From: Octopus sinensis
Lineage: Eukaryota
Assembly (NCBI RefSeq): GCF_006345805.1
Contig: NC_043016.1
Span: 14,942,001 to 15,006,000 of the forward strand
Direction: 5' to 3'
DNA length: 64,000 nt
Part shown: positions 25,644 to 39,370 of the stretch, piece after piece
Position numbering within the stretch: position 1 is the first letter of the stretch
Layout: each line of letters starts with the position of its first letter
Program-made: the position numbers and the translations under genes
The notes under the pieces: model-generated
Databases searched by the model: none
Told to the model about the DNA's origin: nothing
What the model saw: only the letters and a program-made list of their open reading frames with translations

Positions 25644-25860
25644 CATGCATGGGCAATCTGCAGCCTATGGGCTGCATACGGCCCTCAATGAGTTTCTAGG
25701 TTACTAATTTCATACTAAGACAAAATTAAGAACTGCAAAAAATTCAGTGTAAAGTGGGCAAGTAATATTTCATGCAAATGTGTTTTATCATGCGGCCCTC
25801 TCCCACTTCGAAATGGTATGGAGGCGGGCCCCCCAGTTGACGAAGAGTTGCCCATCCCTG
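25644..25860. mobile_element. hAT (Charlie-like) MITE
   Basis: Ends are CATGCATGGGCAA and TTGCCCATCCCTG. The 8-bp flanks TTTTAAAT and GTTTAAAT match at 7/8 as a TSD. Confidence 0.7.
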
Positions 25861-27347
25861 GTTTAAATTGATTACATCAACCCCAGTGTTCAAATGTTAG
25901 TTATTTTATCAACCCCAAAAAGAACAAAAGGCAAGGTTAACTTCAGTGGAATCTGAACTCAGAATGTAAAGAGCCAGAGGAAATGTCACTTAGGCGTTTT
26001 GTCCAAAATTCACTAACAAATCTTTAGCAAATATTGAAATAAGTCAAAGATAGAGGAGATATGGTCTTTATATTTATAGTTTTATGTTCAAGTTAATTTT
26101 GATAAAGGCAAAGTTTACACAAAAACTCATCTACAGCCAGTATTGGTTTACAATATTGTACGTAATATGGCACTTAAAAAGCACCATTCAAGCATGGTCA
26201 TTGTCAGTGCTGCCTGACTGGCTCCTGTGCCGGTGGCATGTAAAAAGCACCCACTACACTCTTGTACTGGTTGGTGTTAGGAAGGGCATCCAGCTGTAGA
26301 AACTTTGCCAGATCAGATTGGAGCCTGGTGCAGCCTGACTGGCTTGCCAGTCCTCAGTAAAACCATGCCAGCATGGAAAGTGGATGTTAAATGACAATAA
26401 TGATGATGATGTACCAGTCAAAAGCAAAGAGTCAATCTGAATATACATAAATATAAATATTGGGCCTCAGAGAGGCAAAGTGGCTGAGTTCCTTTTGAGT
26501 GTTGGGCCTCATAGAGGTAATGACCAAGATCTTTGGCATTATGTTGTGCTTGAAAAGAAGACTCATCAAGCCAAGCAAAATCACAGTCATGGCATATACC
26601 GGTGTCACGCAAATGGCACATGCTGGTGACATGTAAAAGCACCCATTGCTCTCTCGGAGTGGTTGGCATTGAGAAAGGCATCCATCTGTAGAAAACCATG
26701 CTAAATCAGACTGGAGCTTGGCACAGCCTTCCAGCATACCAGGCCAGTGAAACCATCCAACCCATGCCAGCAGGGACAACAGATGTTAAATGATGATGAT
26801 GACGAAGTAATGAAACAAATAATAACCATGACGATTTTTAACTTTGACGCAAATCAATAACACTAGAATTTGCAGGTAAGAACTGGTGTCCTGCATCAGG
26901 AAGACAGGAAGGACATAAGAATCCGAACGACACAATAAATTCTATGCCTTGTGCAAATTTGAAATGTAATCAGTCAAATGAACCTTGATGTTTATAATTA
27001 ATATTAATTTTTTCAAAACAGCAAAGTACATCTTGGCAGATATGGAATTAAACTTATAAGAGGAAGTAATGTAATATTCCTTTTTATTATATACTTATAG
27101 CAAGAAATTTTGCGGGGAGAAGGCAAGTTGATTTTATTGACCCCAATGCATAACTGGTACTTATTTTCTTAACTCCAAAAAGATGAAAGACAATGTCAAC
27201 CTTAGTGGAATTTGAACTCAGAACATAACGACAGACGAAATGCCACTAAGCAATTTGCTTAGTACTAACATTTCTGCCAGCTTGCCACCTCAATGATGAT
27301 GATGATGGTAATAATAATAATAACAACAACAATGATAATGTATATAC

Positions 27348-27459
27348 CTCGTATTGAAGCTGGTGTCAGTGCCATGTTTCAAAATAATATTTTTCACATC
27401 CAGTGGAGGATCAAGGGAGAATTTAGAAGCTCTTTCCCATCGTTCCAAACGGGTAATAC
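27348..27459 (-). CDS. POLD4: POLD4 exon 3
   Basis: 112 nt with AG/GT borders. Encodes (G)ITRLERWERASKFSLDPPLDVKNIILKHGTDTSFNT(S), the p12 signature GITRLxRWxRA...PP. Confidence 0.95.
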
Positions 27460-27757
27460 CTGGCATAAATTAAAAAAATTATCAAGTAATACTGATAGAA
27501 AGAAGGGAGAGAGAGAGAGCGAGAGAGAGAGAGTCTGAAAGGGAGAAAGAGAGAGAGGGAGAGATTTCAGTGAAATTAAAGTTGTTATGGAATAAAAAGC
27601 TCTTAATCCTCCAAACAGCTAAAAGGTAATCTGTTTATGTTAATGGTGCTCCTAACAATATATGGCCTAGTGGTTAGGGTGTTGCACTCACAATCATGAG
27701 ATCATGATTTCAATTATTCACACAATTATTCAAACAATTATTCACACACACATATTT

Positions 27758-28095
27758 GTGAAGGTGCATGGCTTAGTGGTTAGGGTATTCGGCTCATGCT
27801 CATAAGGTTGTGAATTCAATTCCTGGCAGCACATTGTATCCTTGAGCAAAACACTTTATTTCAGTTTGTGGGTCCACTCAGCTGGCAAAAGTGAGTCGTA
27901 CCTGTAATTGAAAAAGGGGCAATCTTGTTGCATTCTGTCCCATGCTGAATCTCCCACGGACTTTCTTCACAGACATGCGTACTCACATATGTCTGTGGAG
28001 TACTCAGCCACTTGCATGTTAATTTCATGAGCAGGCTGTTCCATTTGTAGGATCAACTGGGACACATTTGTCACCGTAACCGACAGAGAGCCAGT
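27758..28095 (+). mobile_element. tRNA-derived SINE (family D)
   Basis: Head GGTGCATGGCTTAGTGGTTAGGGTATTCGGCTCA...GAATTCAATTCC, then CCTTGAGCAAAACACTT and the GCCACTTGCATGTTAATTTCATGAGCAGG body. Other copies: 5120-5415(-), 24250-24600, 46607-46930(-), 54350-54485(-). Confidence 0.8.
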
Positions 28096-29463
28096 TAAAC
28101 ATTGTGTGTGAGTGTGTGTGGATGGATGGACGGATGTATATGGCTTTTGTTTGGAAGGAAGAGACGATACCCGTGATCTTCTGGCAGGCTGTCACTGCTG
28201 GAAAAGACTGATATAGTTAATGTTCAGTTTGAACAGCTGCAAGTCACTGCCTGTGGGTACATCAGGTGTATGATGGTAAAAATCAGAATGAGAAAGAAAC
28301 AGACAAAGTGGCCAGAAAAATTCGACGGTGGAACTGGACAGAATAAGTAACAAGAGGAAAGAAAGGTATGATAGATGATCTAGGGTTGAGTAGTAACCAT
28401 TGTAGTCTGTAGAAGATGGAAAGTGAAGGAGACAGCACATCATGTTGGCCAGAGATTGGAGTGTGAGAGCAAGTCCTTGTCAATTATTTGGAGGGATTTG
28501 TTCTTGGACCAGTCTAAAATATTCTCATATTTTGCAGCAACACCAATGTTCTGGTTCGTAAAATTTTTGTTTTCTGTTAAATTTTATTCTCTAATGAATT
28601 GTATTTTAATGCATACTACAATGTATTCACTAACCATTTTCTCTTACTTTGACATCTTGTGTTTTCTTAATAATATATCTGAATTATAGAAAGCTAAATT
28701 TAAAAATGTCTACAGAATTGGCCAAAGTAATATTTAGTTTACAAAGATAGATATTGATTTGAAGCAACTCAGCAAAAAGTAATGTTATGTTGTATATTCA
28801 TGTCTATGAATATCTAAATAAATATCTATTTTCTCACCACAGCTTTGGTGGAGAAACTTCGAAATTATTGTCAATTTAAATATATATGTACACACACCTG
28901 TGCACATACACACACACACACATGTATATAAACAAACTGGATTTTTTTACCTAAGTTTTACACTTTAATATATCAATAAAAATATCTATATCAACATATA
29001 TATATATATGCTGTGGTGCACCTGAGCACTGTATACAATAATTTCATTATTATCATATATACACGCTCACACACACACATGCTCACTTTTAGCCAGGGAG
29101 AGAAACAGACAGACAAAAACTCTAAAAAATAATTGGTCAGCATTTTATTATATTTTCTAAATTTTCAAAAATCACTTAAAGATGTTATCTAGTAAAATGG
29201 TACAACAAAAATAATGGATGCAAAAATATTGGTTTATTATATAAAGTTAAAAATTGTAAAGGAAGGGAAACGTGATTATAGAATATGTTTTTCTTGAGGG
29301 AATCAACAACAGAAAGGTACTGAAAAATCAATATTGTGTTATGGATTGAGCTTCTTCCTTCTAAAGTACTTACCATATGAAAATATTAATAAAATGCATT
29401 ATTAAACTTGAAACAATATGATGGAAACAAAATTATACTAGAATCATTTTTTTTTTCTTTCGT

Positions 29464-29761
29464 TTAACCTTTTAGCATTTAAACTGGCCATATCCGGCCC
29501 AAATATTTTATCAGTTTTGCATTCTAACTGACCAGATATATCCTCTCACACCTACCCTACAATGTCATTCTAAGAATAAACAATCACATCATCAAAATCT
29601 TGAAGCTATGAGAAATTGCATGATTATTTCAAAAAAATGTGGATAAACAGGCATTTCATGTGATCGAGTAATCTGAATGCTGAAGGATTAGACTGATCCG
29701 GTCCAAATATTCTACCTGTTTCAATGCATTTGACAGAATAATATGAATTCTAAAGGGTTAA
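29464..29761. mobile_element. piggyBac-type MITE
   Basis: TTAA-CCTTTTAGCATT ... ATTCTAAAGGG-TTAA termini, giving a TTAA TSD and inverted ends. Confidence 0.75.
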
Positions 29762-29773
29762 TTAATCACATAC

Positions 29774-29857
29774 CACACATGGGACCATATTTCCAGTTTA
29801 CATCAAATTCAGTCAAAATTTTTAATTCATCAACTTTGGAAGTGGAAGGTTGAACAT
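29774..29857 (-). CDS. POLD4: POLD4 exon 2
   Basis: 84 nt, phase 1-1, GTATGT donor. Encodes (D)VQPSTSKVDELKILTEFDVNWKYGPMC(G), compared with human ELLRQFDLAWQYGPCTG. Confidence 0.95.
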
Positions 29858-29964
29858 CTGGAATTAGAAAAAGATTTGAAATTAAAAAAGAAAAACAGTT
29901 ATAATCTTTTTGTCAGTGTACTTCTGTTGACATATACTAGTTTTGTTTCGGTTAATTTTGAAGA

Positions 29965-30892
29965 TATGAAGTGGTATCAAAAGGTTCTATAGGACTAGTT
30001 CTGAAGGACTAGTTCTGTAGCATGCCAACAGATGTCAGCACATGGCTGCATGCACAATGAAAGCTAGCAGTGACCATCATGAGGCAGTGTGCCAAGTGAC
30101 ACCACAGTGTTTATTTCACAAGTGAAATTTGTATTTTCATAATCACGTGTATTCTGGAGTCTGTGATTTTTGTCATAGACAGGAACAAAGAGCCAATATG
30201 AAATTTTGCATTAAACTTGGGAACTCTGCTACAGAGACACTGAGCATGCTTTGGCAAGCTTACGGTGATGAGGCAATAGGTCGTATGCAATGTTTTGAAT
30301 GGTACAGGCACTTCAAAAGTGGAAGAGCGTCCCTGGAAGACAATGATGTATCTGGAAGACCTGCCATGAGAATCACCTCTGGAAATGTGCTTTTGTACAT
30401 CAAGACTGAGTCAGACCGTTAATCAAGAGTTCTACTGTGATGTTTTGAAGCATTTGAGGAAGGATATTTGGTGAAGGTGACCAGAACTGTGGAGCACAAA
30501 GAATTGGTTTCTTCACAATAACAATGCACCTGATCACCAAACTCTCCTCATTTGTGAGTTTCTCAATAAATACAACATGGCATCACTTCCTCACCTGCCC
30601 TATTCACCAGATTTAGCACCTGCAGACTTCTATCACTTCCCCAGGATGAAAATACAGCTCAAAGGTTGCCATTCTAACACCATTGTCAAGATCAAGAGTT
30701 AATCACAGAAGGTCCTCAACTTGCTTATGAAAAACGACTTCCAGGCCAGATTCCAAAAGTGGCAGGAACATTGGAACTGGTGTTTTGCTGTGCAAGGTGA
30801 CTATTTTGAAAGAGATAATGTTAAAACTTAGGTAAATAAGTTATTTTTTATTAAATAGAACTACTTCTGGGACTTTTTGATACCGACTTGTA
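29965..30892 (+). mobile_element. Internally deleted mariner with both TIRs, in POLD4 intron 1
   Basis: TA-flanked TIRs (TGAAGTGGTATCAAAAGG / CTTTTTGATACCGACTTG). HTH region EQRANMKFCIKLGNSATETLSMLWQAYGDEAIGRMQCFEWYRHFKSGR, and catalytic remnants LHNNNAP and PYSPDLAPADF. Confidence 0.9.
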
Positions 30893-31099
30893 ATGTTTAA
30901 TGGAGAATTTAGTAAAGTAACTGTCATTATTAAGCTAATGTTTGTAATTTTGATAGAGTAGTTTGCTGCAATAAACACCTTATTTCAAGTACACACGTCT
31001 ACAATAGAGCCATCCCTAGAACACTGTCCATTCCAACCGGACAAATGGTTATAGCTACAGCATCAATTGCCTTGCAAGCTACAAATGTTGCATTGAATT

Positions 31100-31625
31100 G
31101 TACTCATTTGAAACAAAGAGTACCAAGATATAAATGTTGTACTCTGAGTACACCTTTTTTTTGTATTTCTGTTGTGCCTGCCACAACATGATGATATAAA
31201 TACCATTGGCTGCAAATGCTGCACTGAGATGAATACCATCTAAAACGAGGATTACCCATGAAATTATTAACCATCATGCCAACAACCACCTTGGGCACCT
31301 TTTTGAATTCCATGTGTCTAACACACATGGGCATGCCTACATAGTCAGATAACAGCACAGCTCCCATGACTTTCAGAAACATTTGTTCACACTCAGAATT
31401 GCTGAAGCATGGAACAAACTACCTGCATCAGTTGTTAGTTGCCAAGACATTGCATCCTTTAAAACCTCCTGAAATTAGCCAACATTACACCCGATATTCC
31501 CTTCCCCCTCCATACACATGCACACATGTATATCATGACTCATACACTGTTCACTTTCCTGACTTTTCTACATAATTCTATGTTCTGTACATACACCTTT
31601 GATGAGGTGCAGTGCATCTGAGCAA
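31100..31625 (+). mobile_element. CR1-like LINE 3' end
   Basis: Reads FQKHLFTLRIAEAWNKLPASVV, the FFxxRVxxxWNxLP terminus. A reverse copy lies at ~43600-43870. Confidence 0.75.
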
Positions 31626-32679
31626 TATACACAATAATTTCATTATCATTATTATTATTAATAAGGAGAGAAAATTATTGTACCCTGAGTTCAGCTTTCT
31701 CCTCTCTTATTGTGGCCACCACAAAAAACGAAAAAGCAAAATGCTCAAACCACTTTGTGCCACTTTACACAATAAACTGCTGTTGAAATACATAGTCTAG
31801 ACATCAACTACACAGAGGCACAGAATACCCTACCCAGGTATTTTATCAGCCACCAATGTACTAGAAGTTTGCTGAAGCTGGATTGAATCAGGGGTACTTA
31901 GCAATAACAAAAAGATCCTTTTGTACAGTTATGGATTTCCAATTTTTAACAAGGAAATATTTTAAAGTTAAAAATATCAGAAACCAAAAAACAACAACAA
32001 TAATGTAATGTCAGTGATAGGAAATGTGATAATGGTGATGATGGTAATGCCATTAGTGTTAAAGTCATAATTGAATATGTGGTCCACCTTTTATGGAAGG
32101 TGCATGAAAATGATTAGGATTTACTTTCTTTATTCCAAAAGTTTAAATTTAGCAATTCTTTCAAACTAAAGAGAAAAACATCTTTATTATCTTGTTAAAA
32201 TTTTGACATTTTTAGCAGATGAGAATAGCATATGTGTCCATTTCTAGAGAACATTTATGATATAGGAGAAGTGGATTGAAAAGAACATAGTCTTCCAAAA
32301 TCTGCACAAAGTCAAACTAACAACAATAACATTACCTATGTTCTACTTGAAATAACTATTTGCTCTAATAAATTCAGGAATCAAAAGTTTTGATTAGTTA
32401 GTGATTCCTGTAGTTAGGGTGAAGTTTTTGAGGCAGACGACATACAATCACAAATTATGAAGTTGTCTCTCGTTACTTTTTCAAACAGAATGAGTCAGAT
32501 ATATATACAGTACCCCACTGCTCTATCAAAAAAAATAAATAAATAAAATAATCATAAATTTTCCAAACTGTTCTTTCATAAAAAGATGCTCCCCATCATT
32601 TCGAAAGCTGTTAAAACAACTGGAAAAATCCCCGTCAAAACGAAGAGATTCCAACTTATGTGGTCTTCTTGATCCGAAA

Positions 32680-33020
32680 CTCCTCCCACCCACTCGGAAA
32701 AGCTTTTCCCCCATAAACTTCATTATAATTGTAATATATACCGTTTAAAAAGTATTTGTATAAACTTTCATTAAAAGATACCCATTTTCCAGAAAGTTAT
32801 GAGAGAAAAAAACCGGATTGTGTGAATTTTCCCAAAATCTTCTCCCCACCCCTTCGGAAAAACTTTTCCCCTCAAATTTCTTTATAATCGTATACCATTT
32901 GAAATATTTGAAAGTTAATATAAAATTTCATTAAAAGATATCCATTTTCCTGAAAGTTATGAGGAAAAAATTCGGATCGTGTGAATTTTCCGAAAGTCCT
33001 CTCCCCTCACCCCCACCCCA
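32680..33020. repeat. ~160-bp tandem unit x ~2.2 within a larger interspersed element
   Basis: CATTAAAAGATA.CCATTTTCC.GAAAGTTATGAG occurs at 32769 and 32929. The CTCCCCACCC/CGGAAAA blocks are also repeated. Confidence 0.75.
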
Positions 33021-34718
33021 GATTCGTTTACTACACATTTTTTTTACACCTATTACAGTTTTTTTTTCTTTTTTGGTGGCCGGGTGTTAAACTGGATATT
33101 AACTGATTTTCCTAAACGTACAAGGAAAACACTTCCCTCATACAGATAAGTTCAGTGAACTATTTAATAGACACAGCCTGAGTTTCCTTTAGATTTTAGT
33201 AGGTAGGGCTACATTGAGACAGAGACAGTCTGCTCTTGTGGAGATAACATAACATGTCCACTGAACGGCAACTGTAATACGGAAACCGTCGTATACGAGG
33301 CAGAGGTAACGGACTGTCTCTCAAATCACGTCTTAAAACGGAAAACCATATTGGACAGTATAGATAGATTTAAAACATATTTTAGACGAGAATGTCACAT
33401 ATGGAACTACTTTTGTTATATCAGTTGATCAACACAGGAGAAGGAACAACGGAGAAGTCTCTGTGATCTCTCGATCTGTTAGAAATAACAGTCAACTTCC
33501 TTTCAAATTACACCCTAATCTTCCCTTCTTAGCAAAGAATACAATGGATAGCGCATGCATAGGGGGAGAGTAGAAAGCCAGATGGTGCACACAACATCAA
33601 TAACAGTTACTTCTAAGCTTCTATGTCGATAATGACAACATCTTGATAATATTGGGTTGAAATTAATGGCACAAAACTAGAGAGTTGGTCGACTGGTTAC
33701 ATCGACCCCAGTACATGACTAATACTTTACTTTACGTTGTAGTGCACCTGAGTACTGTACACAATGTTTTATTATTATTATTATTATTTATCGACCCAGA
33801 AAGGATGAAAAGCAAAAATCGACCTCGACAGATTTGAACTCAGAACCTAAACAATCGGAAGAATTGCTGACAAGTATTTTGTCTAAAGATTCTGCCAGCT
33901 TGCCGCCTTCAACATCCTAATTAATAAAATATCTCATTAATTAAAAATTTTTGGATTTAGATGAAAACAAAAAGTTTGAAGCTTTATATATTCTTTCTAT
34001 CGCAACTTTCCTCCGAGATCCTTCCTTACCAAATGAAATTTAAATTCTATAATTAGTTTCACTATGAGGTAATGTTGCAATAGCAATGTTACGAGTTAAT
34101 TAAATATAAGTACAGATTTCCGCCTATCACTTTTCAATTTATAATCGAGTTACACAACAACTCTACTTCAAATTTAATTAATTTCAGTAAAATAGTTTTT
34201 CCCATTTCAATTTTGCTGCTTTTCAATTTTGTTGGCTCAGAATTATATTTGTACACTCTCATCGTCAAATTAGCTTTTCTTTCAAAACTTTTAACAAGTC
34301 TGAGCACGATTTATCGATGTTCCAATTCTTACTTTCACTATCCAGTCCAAAAGTATACTTCTAGAAACAAATTAAAGGCTATTAAATAATTAGTTTTGGT
34401 CTAAATAATTTGTTGTTGTTTGGCCTCGTATGTATACCTTAATCAAGCACTTCCAGACGTGACCCTCCAATCCTATTTTCAGAGAATATATCTAAAACAA
34501 TATATTACCTTCCTTTTTTAAATGGTCAGATGTGATTCGGGGGGAGAATTTGGTTGCTATTTCTAGCAGTCCGAAGGTTCACGTAAACACTTCCTAAACA
34601 ATTTCTCTTGGAATCGGATCAAAGCCAATTGAGTCATCGCTATAATTAATTACGTCGAGTGATTTCTATATAAATAACTAAGAAGTGGAAAAAAGAACAA
34701 TCGTATATCATTACTAAC

Positions 34719-34821
34719 CGTGCGAACTGCTTTTCTCCTTTTTCGCGTTAGATTTCTTCTTAAAAAGCGGTTTTCTCTGCTTAAATTCGTCGGTGATTCG
34801 TCTTTGTTTTCGATTGACCAT
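34719..34821 (-). CDS. POLD4: POLD4 exon 1 with N-terminal PIP box/degron
   Basis: ATG at 34821, GTTAGT donor, in a CpG-rich context. Encodes MVNRKQRRITDEFKQRKPLFKKKSNAKKEKSSSH. The four exons total 339 nt, i.e. 112 aa plus stop, in one frame. Confidence 0.92.
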
Positions 34822-35068
34822 TTTTGAAGTGATTTACGCAAAACGAAATTGTTTTTTCCTCAAAGAACGACAACTGCAGCGAACTTGGCAATGTGGCAAC
34901 AACCAATGGGGATTGTCAGTGCGCAGTCGTTTGACCTGCTGAAAGTAGCAGTCAAATTCTCGCAATCCATACAATTATCTTTTTAAAAAAAAGCCTTAAA
35001 TCAGGTTCTTATTTTGTGTTCGGCCGGAAGAAGGCGACGTGGACAAACCTTCAATGCTTTCACAAGCC

Positions 35069-35158
35069 CGACGAAACAAGTAGTAGTAGTAGTAGTAGTG
35101 GTAGTAGTAATTAGTAGTAGTAGTAGTAGTAGTAATTAGTTGCTGTAGTAGTAGTAGT

Positions 35159-35190
<32 letters not shown>

Positions 35191-35277
35191 ATTTGTAGTA
35201 GTAGTAGTAGTGATTAGTTGTAGTAGTAGTAGTAATTAGTTGTAGTAGTAGTAGTAATTAGTAGTAGTAGTAGTAGT
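35069..35277. repeat. (AGT)n microsatellite upstream of POLD4
   Basis: Directly visible, ~250 bp upstream of the POLD4 ATG. Confidence 0.95.
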
Positions 35278-36662
35278 TTTAGCCTATTTGTGGGTGCAGT
35301 CTCCATTGTACATCTCACTTAAACTTTGGTTTGTTGAGTGGGTTGAGAAAATACTTCCGTAAAATATTTCCCAATTTTGTAAACTTTTTTTTTTCTGGAT
35401 GATGGAGATAAGATTGATATGAACACATACGAAGATAAAATCACTGGGTTTTTTGTTTGTTTTTTTTCGACAGTAAGCAACATGGGAGGATGTTTTGGAA
35501 GCTCCTGTTCATGGAATCCCTGCAAGTTTCGTGTTAGGTGTCTATACAGCATGTGATTGACTCTTAAGGGTCAGGAAAAAATGAAGGGTTTCATAATTTG
35601 TGCCTGTGTTGGAAGTGATAAGGAGTAGGTCAGTCATATAAAAGAGAAAGTCTGTGGGGAACATCAGAATTGATAGCATATGGTCAGACTGATCTCCATT
35701 TGCACGTATCACAATAGCACAATTTGGCAAGAGGCAATTGATCCAAGAAATAGAAGATTGATGAAGGCAGTTTTGGGGAACAGTTTTGAGAGGAGATTTT
35801 AATACCACAGTAAAAAAAAAGAAATGTCTTACTCGTATCAAACACCATTAACTGCCTCCACCAAATTCATCAAAAGAGAAGCCCTCTGGCAAGTGATATA
35901 GAAGAGCAGGTCCCCAATTGATTTGGCTTTATGAAAGCCATATTAATCATTATCAAAAAGGTGGTTCGAAGTGCTTTTTCCATCATTTTTGGCCAGTTGG
36001 AAGTGAGAGTAATAGGTTCATTGTTGGTGAAGTTTGATAGCTTTTCTTGGGAATGGGATATACTTCATGTTTTAAAAATAGAGGTAACTCTGGGAAGACA
36101 TTGTTTGAGAGTAATGAAGGAGATGTTATCAGGTTCAGCGACTTCAACGTTTTGATGCCAACCCACCTACAGCCACCCCAACTTCTCTGATATAAATTTT
36201 CTGTTTTAAAATGATCAAATTATAACCAAATTAAAAAAAGTTCATGTTAATTTATATTCCAAACACTAGCTCAACTACAAAAAAAAAAGTTGTTTTTTAA
36301 TCTTTAAAAATAATTGAAACTAAAGCTGTGTATTTCAATGGAAATATGGTAATGAAAGAGTTAATGAAAATGTCTTATATTTTTAAAATTTCAGCCATTA
36401 TAATTAATTATATTTTACAGCAATAATTCATAACGAGAGCATTGGGTCTAAGCATGGTTTTTGACTTTGTTAGTCATTTGTTGAAAAGCTTACTATACCT
36501 GACTATGATCTTATCTTTATATGATATGGGGTAAGGTACAACTGTTAGCTTAAAACAGTTAAACATTTACATAGTTAATTAGGAGCTAACAATTTAATGA
36601 ATCTCATCGAAAATGTTTGCAATCAGTTAAAATTACACTGTAGTGAAGAGAAAAGTCTTAAT

Positions 36663-37320
36663 CAGGGATGCATACCCTTTCTTCTCCAAAGGGCTAAATC
36701 ATGGAGTCAATCACTGAAAGCAAGCCACAAAGTATATCATATACTTGACCCATTCCACCATTGAAAGCAATCGAATAATGCCTGGGAAAACAGAGAAATA
36801 TTTCAGTTCCGATATATATGTAATCACATACCAAAATTCTGCATGTAGACAATCAGTGTTGCATAAGGAATAATAAATTTATACATACATCTGTTTTAAA
36901 TAGAGCTCAAATATAATAACATACTTTACATATGAAGAGGCAGAGTGAAGCAAAGCAGGCACAACCTTCTTGTATGCAAGGCTGTGAGCCACTGGAAACT
37001 AAATTTTAGGCAACAAGTGTCCTAAAATTCTTTAATACGTGTACTAATAAGTTCATATCTTGTATTCCACAAAAAAAAGGAGTGTGTTTTGATGGATGTG
37101 GCATTTTATTCAGTAAAGACACGAAGGAAACTACTAAAAGGAAATGTAATAATAAAAGTTAATAAATAAATACTATTTATGTGTGCTTTCAGTGTGTGGT
37201 TGTGGTACAAGCATTTCGCTATGTTAATTCTCAGTTATTTATTATAATCAGAAAGTCTTTGCAAAATGGTTTCATGGGCTGCACAAAATGCCTCCGCGGG
37301 CCACAGGTGTTGCATTGCTG
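36663..37320. mobile_element. Probable non-autonomous hAT element
   Basis: Ends CAGGGATGCATA and GTTGCATTGCTG match at 8/12 as inverted repeats. Flanks GTCTTAAT and GTCTTATG match at 6/8. Confidence 0.5.
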
Positions 37321-39324
37321 GTCTTATGTGTTAATAATTCATGTCAAAAAAGACAAGGGGAACAACTTCAAAATGAAGGGCGTGTGAAGACAGTTTCATC
37401 TTTGGTAAGTGCAGTGACAACCATGGACATGTTTTGATTCTAAGAGACTTCCTCAGAAAAGTTGAGTTTTATTCATACTTCCCAGAATTTAGAAGGACTG
37501 AGAGAAAAACGAGTTTCTTTTTTTATTCTTTTACTTCTTTCAGTCATTTGACTGTGGCCATGCTGGAGCACCAGCTTTAGGCAAACAAATCGACCTCAGG
37601 ACTTATTCTATGTAAGCCTAGTACTTATTCTATCAGTTTCTTTTGCAGGAGCACTAAGTTACGGGGATGTAAACACACCTAGAGCGATGGTGGTGTGGTG
37701 GGGACAAACACAAACACACACATACACATATACACACACACACACACACATATATATATATGTATACATATATACAATGGACTTCTTTCAGTTTCTATCT
37801 ACCAAATCCACTCACAAGGCTTTGGTTGGCCCAAGGCTATAGTAGAAGACACTTGCCTAAGGTGCCACGCAGTGGGACTGAACCTGGAACCATGTGGTTG
37901 GGAAGCAAGCTTCTTACCACAGTTTACTCTTTTACTTGTTTCAGTCATTTCACTGCGACCATGATAGAGCACCGCCTTTAGTCGAGCAAATCGATCCCAG
38001 GGCTAATAATTTAAGTATTCATTATAAATGTCATCATCATCATTTAATGTCTGTTGTCTGTGCTGGGTGGGTTGGATGGTTTGACCAGAGCTGACAAACC
38101 GGAGGGTCGCGCCTGGTTCCAGTCTGATTTGCCTTGGTTTCTGCAGCTGGATGCTCTTCCTGACACCAACCATCTTACAGAGTGTACTGAGTACTTTTAT
38201 GTGGAAACACACAGGCACTTATTCATGACACTGCAAAGACATTTTTACTTGGTGCTGCATGGGCAATTTTACATGCCACCACCAAGAGTGCATTTTACGT
38301 GGCACCAGCCCAGGACTCTTACAGGCCACACCTCAGCACCGGTGGTGGGGGCAGTCTTAATGCTTCTAAATGTAATTTTAATTTATTGATAATGTTTATG
38401 GTTTACTACATAAAGTATTTTAGTACACACTTAATCATATGTCCTTCATACAGAAGGCCTCTCTAAGAAACTTTCCCATGGCACAAACACATATATAGCT
38501 TTACTGGACACAACAAGTAGTCTTTGGAAAAATTGAGTAATTGGTAAGGTGGATACTTGGAATTTGATAGATATGAAATTCAAGTCTGATTCCCTGCCAA
38601 AAGCAATTCTACCAATTGTTTATGGAGGCATCATTATCTGTCATCTGTGATTACCTTCAGAAGCAACGCTCCACAAGTGAGTGTAACAACATTTAATGAA
38701 AAAAAAAAGGCATTGGGGTAGCAATGCATACCCTGTTCGCAGTTAAATTATAGTGTGGCTTATAATGCGTTGCCTACTTATACTTTTTAATTGAACTGAA
38801 TTATTAATTTTGTTTTTTAAGTATCGCCATTTATTTATAGGTATTTATTTATCTATCTATTTATAGGTATTTATACTCCAGTGAAGTTAAGAAATCAATT
38901 CGTAAATAAACAAAATCCTTAAATCCCTCACTGTACACACACACACACGCACATGCATACACACACACACACACACACACACGTATGCATGCATATACAC
39001 ACACATACAGTGTCGCATATCTATGCATTTATTGTTGTATGTATGTATGTACCCACACTTATCTACGTGCATAGGTACACTATGATCTATATACATGAAG
39101 ACGAGGGTCTATTCCTATGAAAAAGTGAGCAAAAGGAAATACTTATAGAAAATATTGCATAGAATCCATCACTGTACACACATATGCATGTACACACACA
39201 CACATGCAAACACACACACACTCATAGTCACATATCTATGTATGTATTTTGTATGTTTGAAGATAATCAAACCAAATACATTATTTACATTTGACGAATA
39301 TTCATCCTCATCTTCTTTGTTGTT

Positions 39325-39370
39325 AACACAACGTTTCGGCTGATATAACCTCCAGCCTTCATCAGGTATC
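39325..39370 (-). ncRNA. Minimal type I hammerhead ribozyme motif (core intact)
   Basis: Minus strand reads GAUAC-CUGAUGA-AGGCUG-gagguuauau-CAGCC-GAAAC-GUU-GUGUU. It has the CUGAUGA and GAAA core, stem II GGCUG/CAGCC, a palindromic AACGUU in place of stem III, and stem I GAUAC/GUGUU. Confidence 0.65.

Noticed and set aside
28440-28573. Possible alternative terminal exon in POLD4 intron 2 (ENKNFTNQ...NLWPT*)
   Set aside because: It is phase-compatible, but the acceptor lacks a pyrimidine tract and the peptide has no p12 similarity. The true exon 3 is at 27459.
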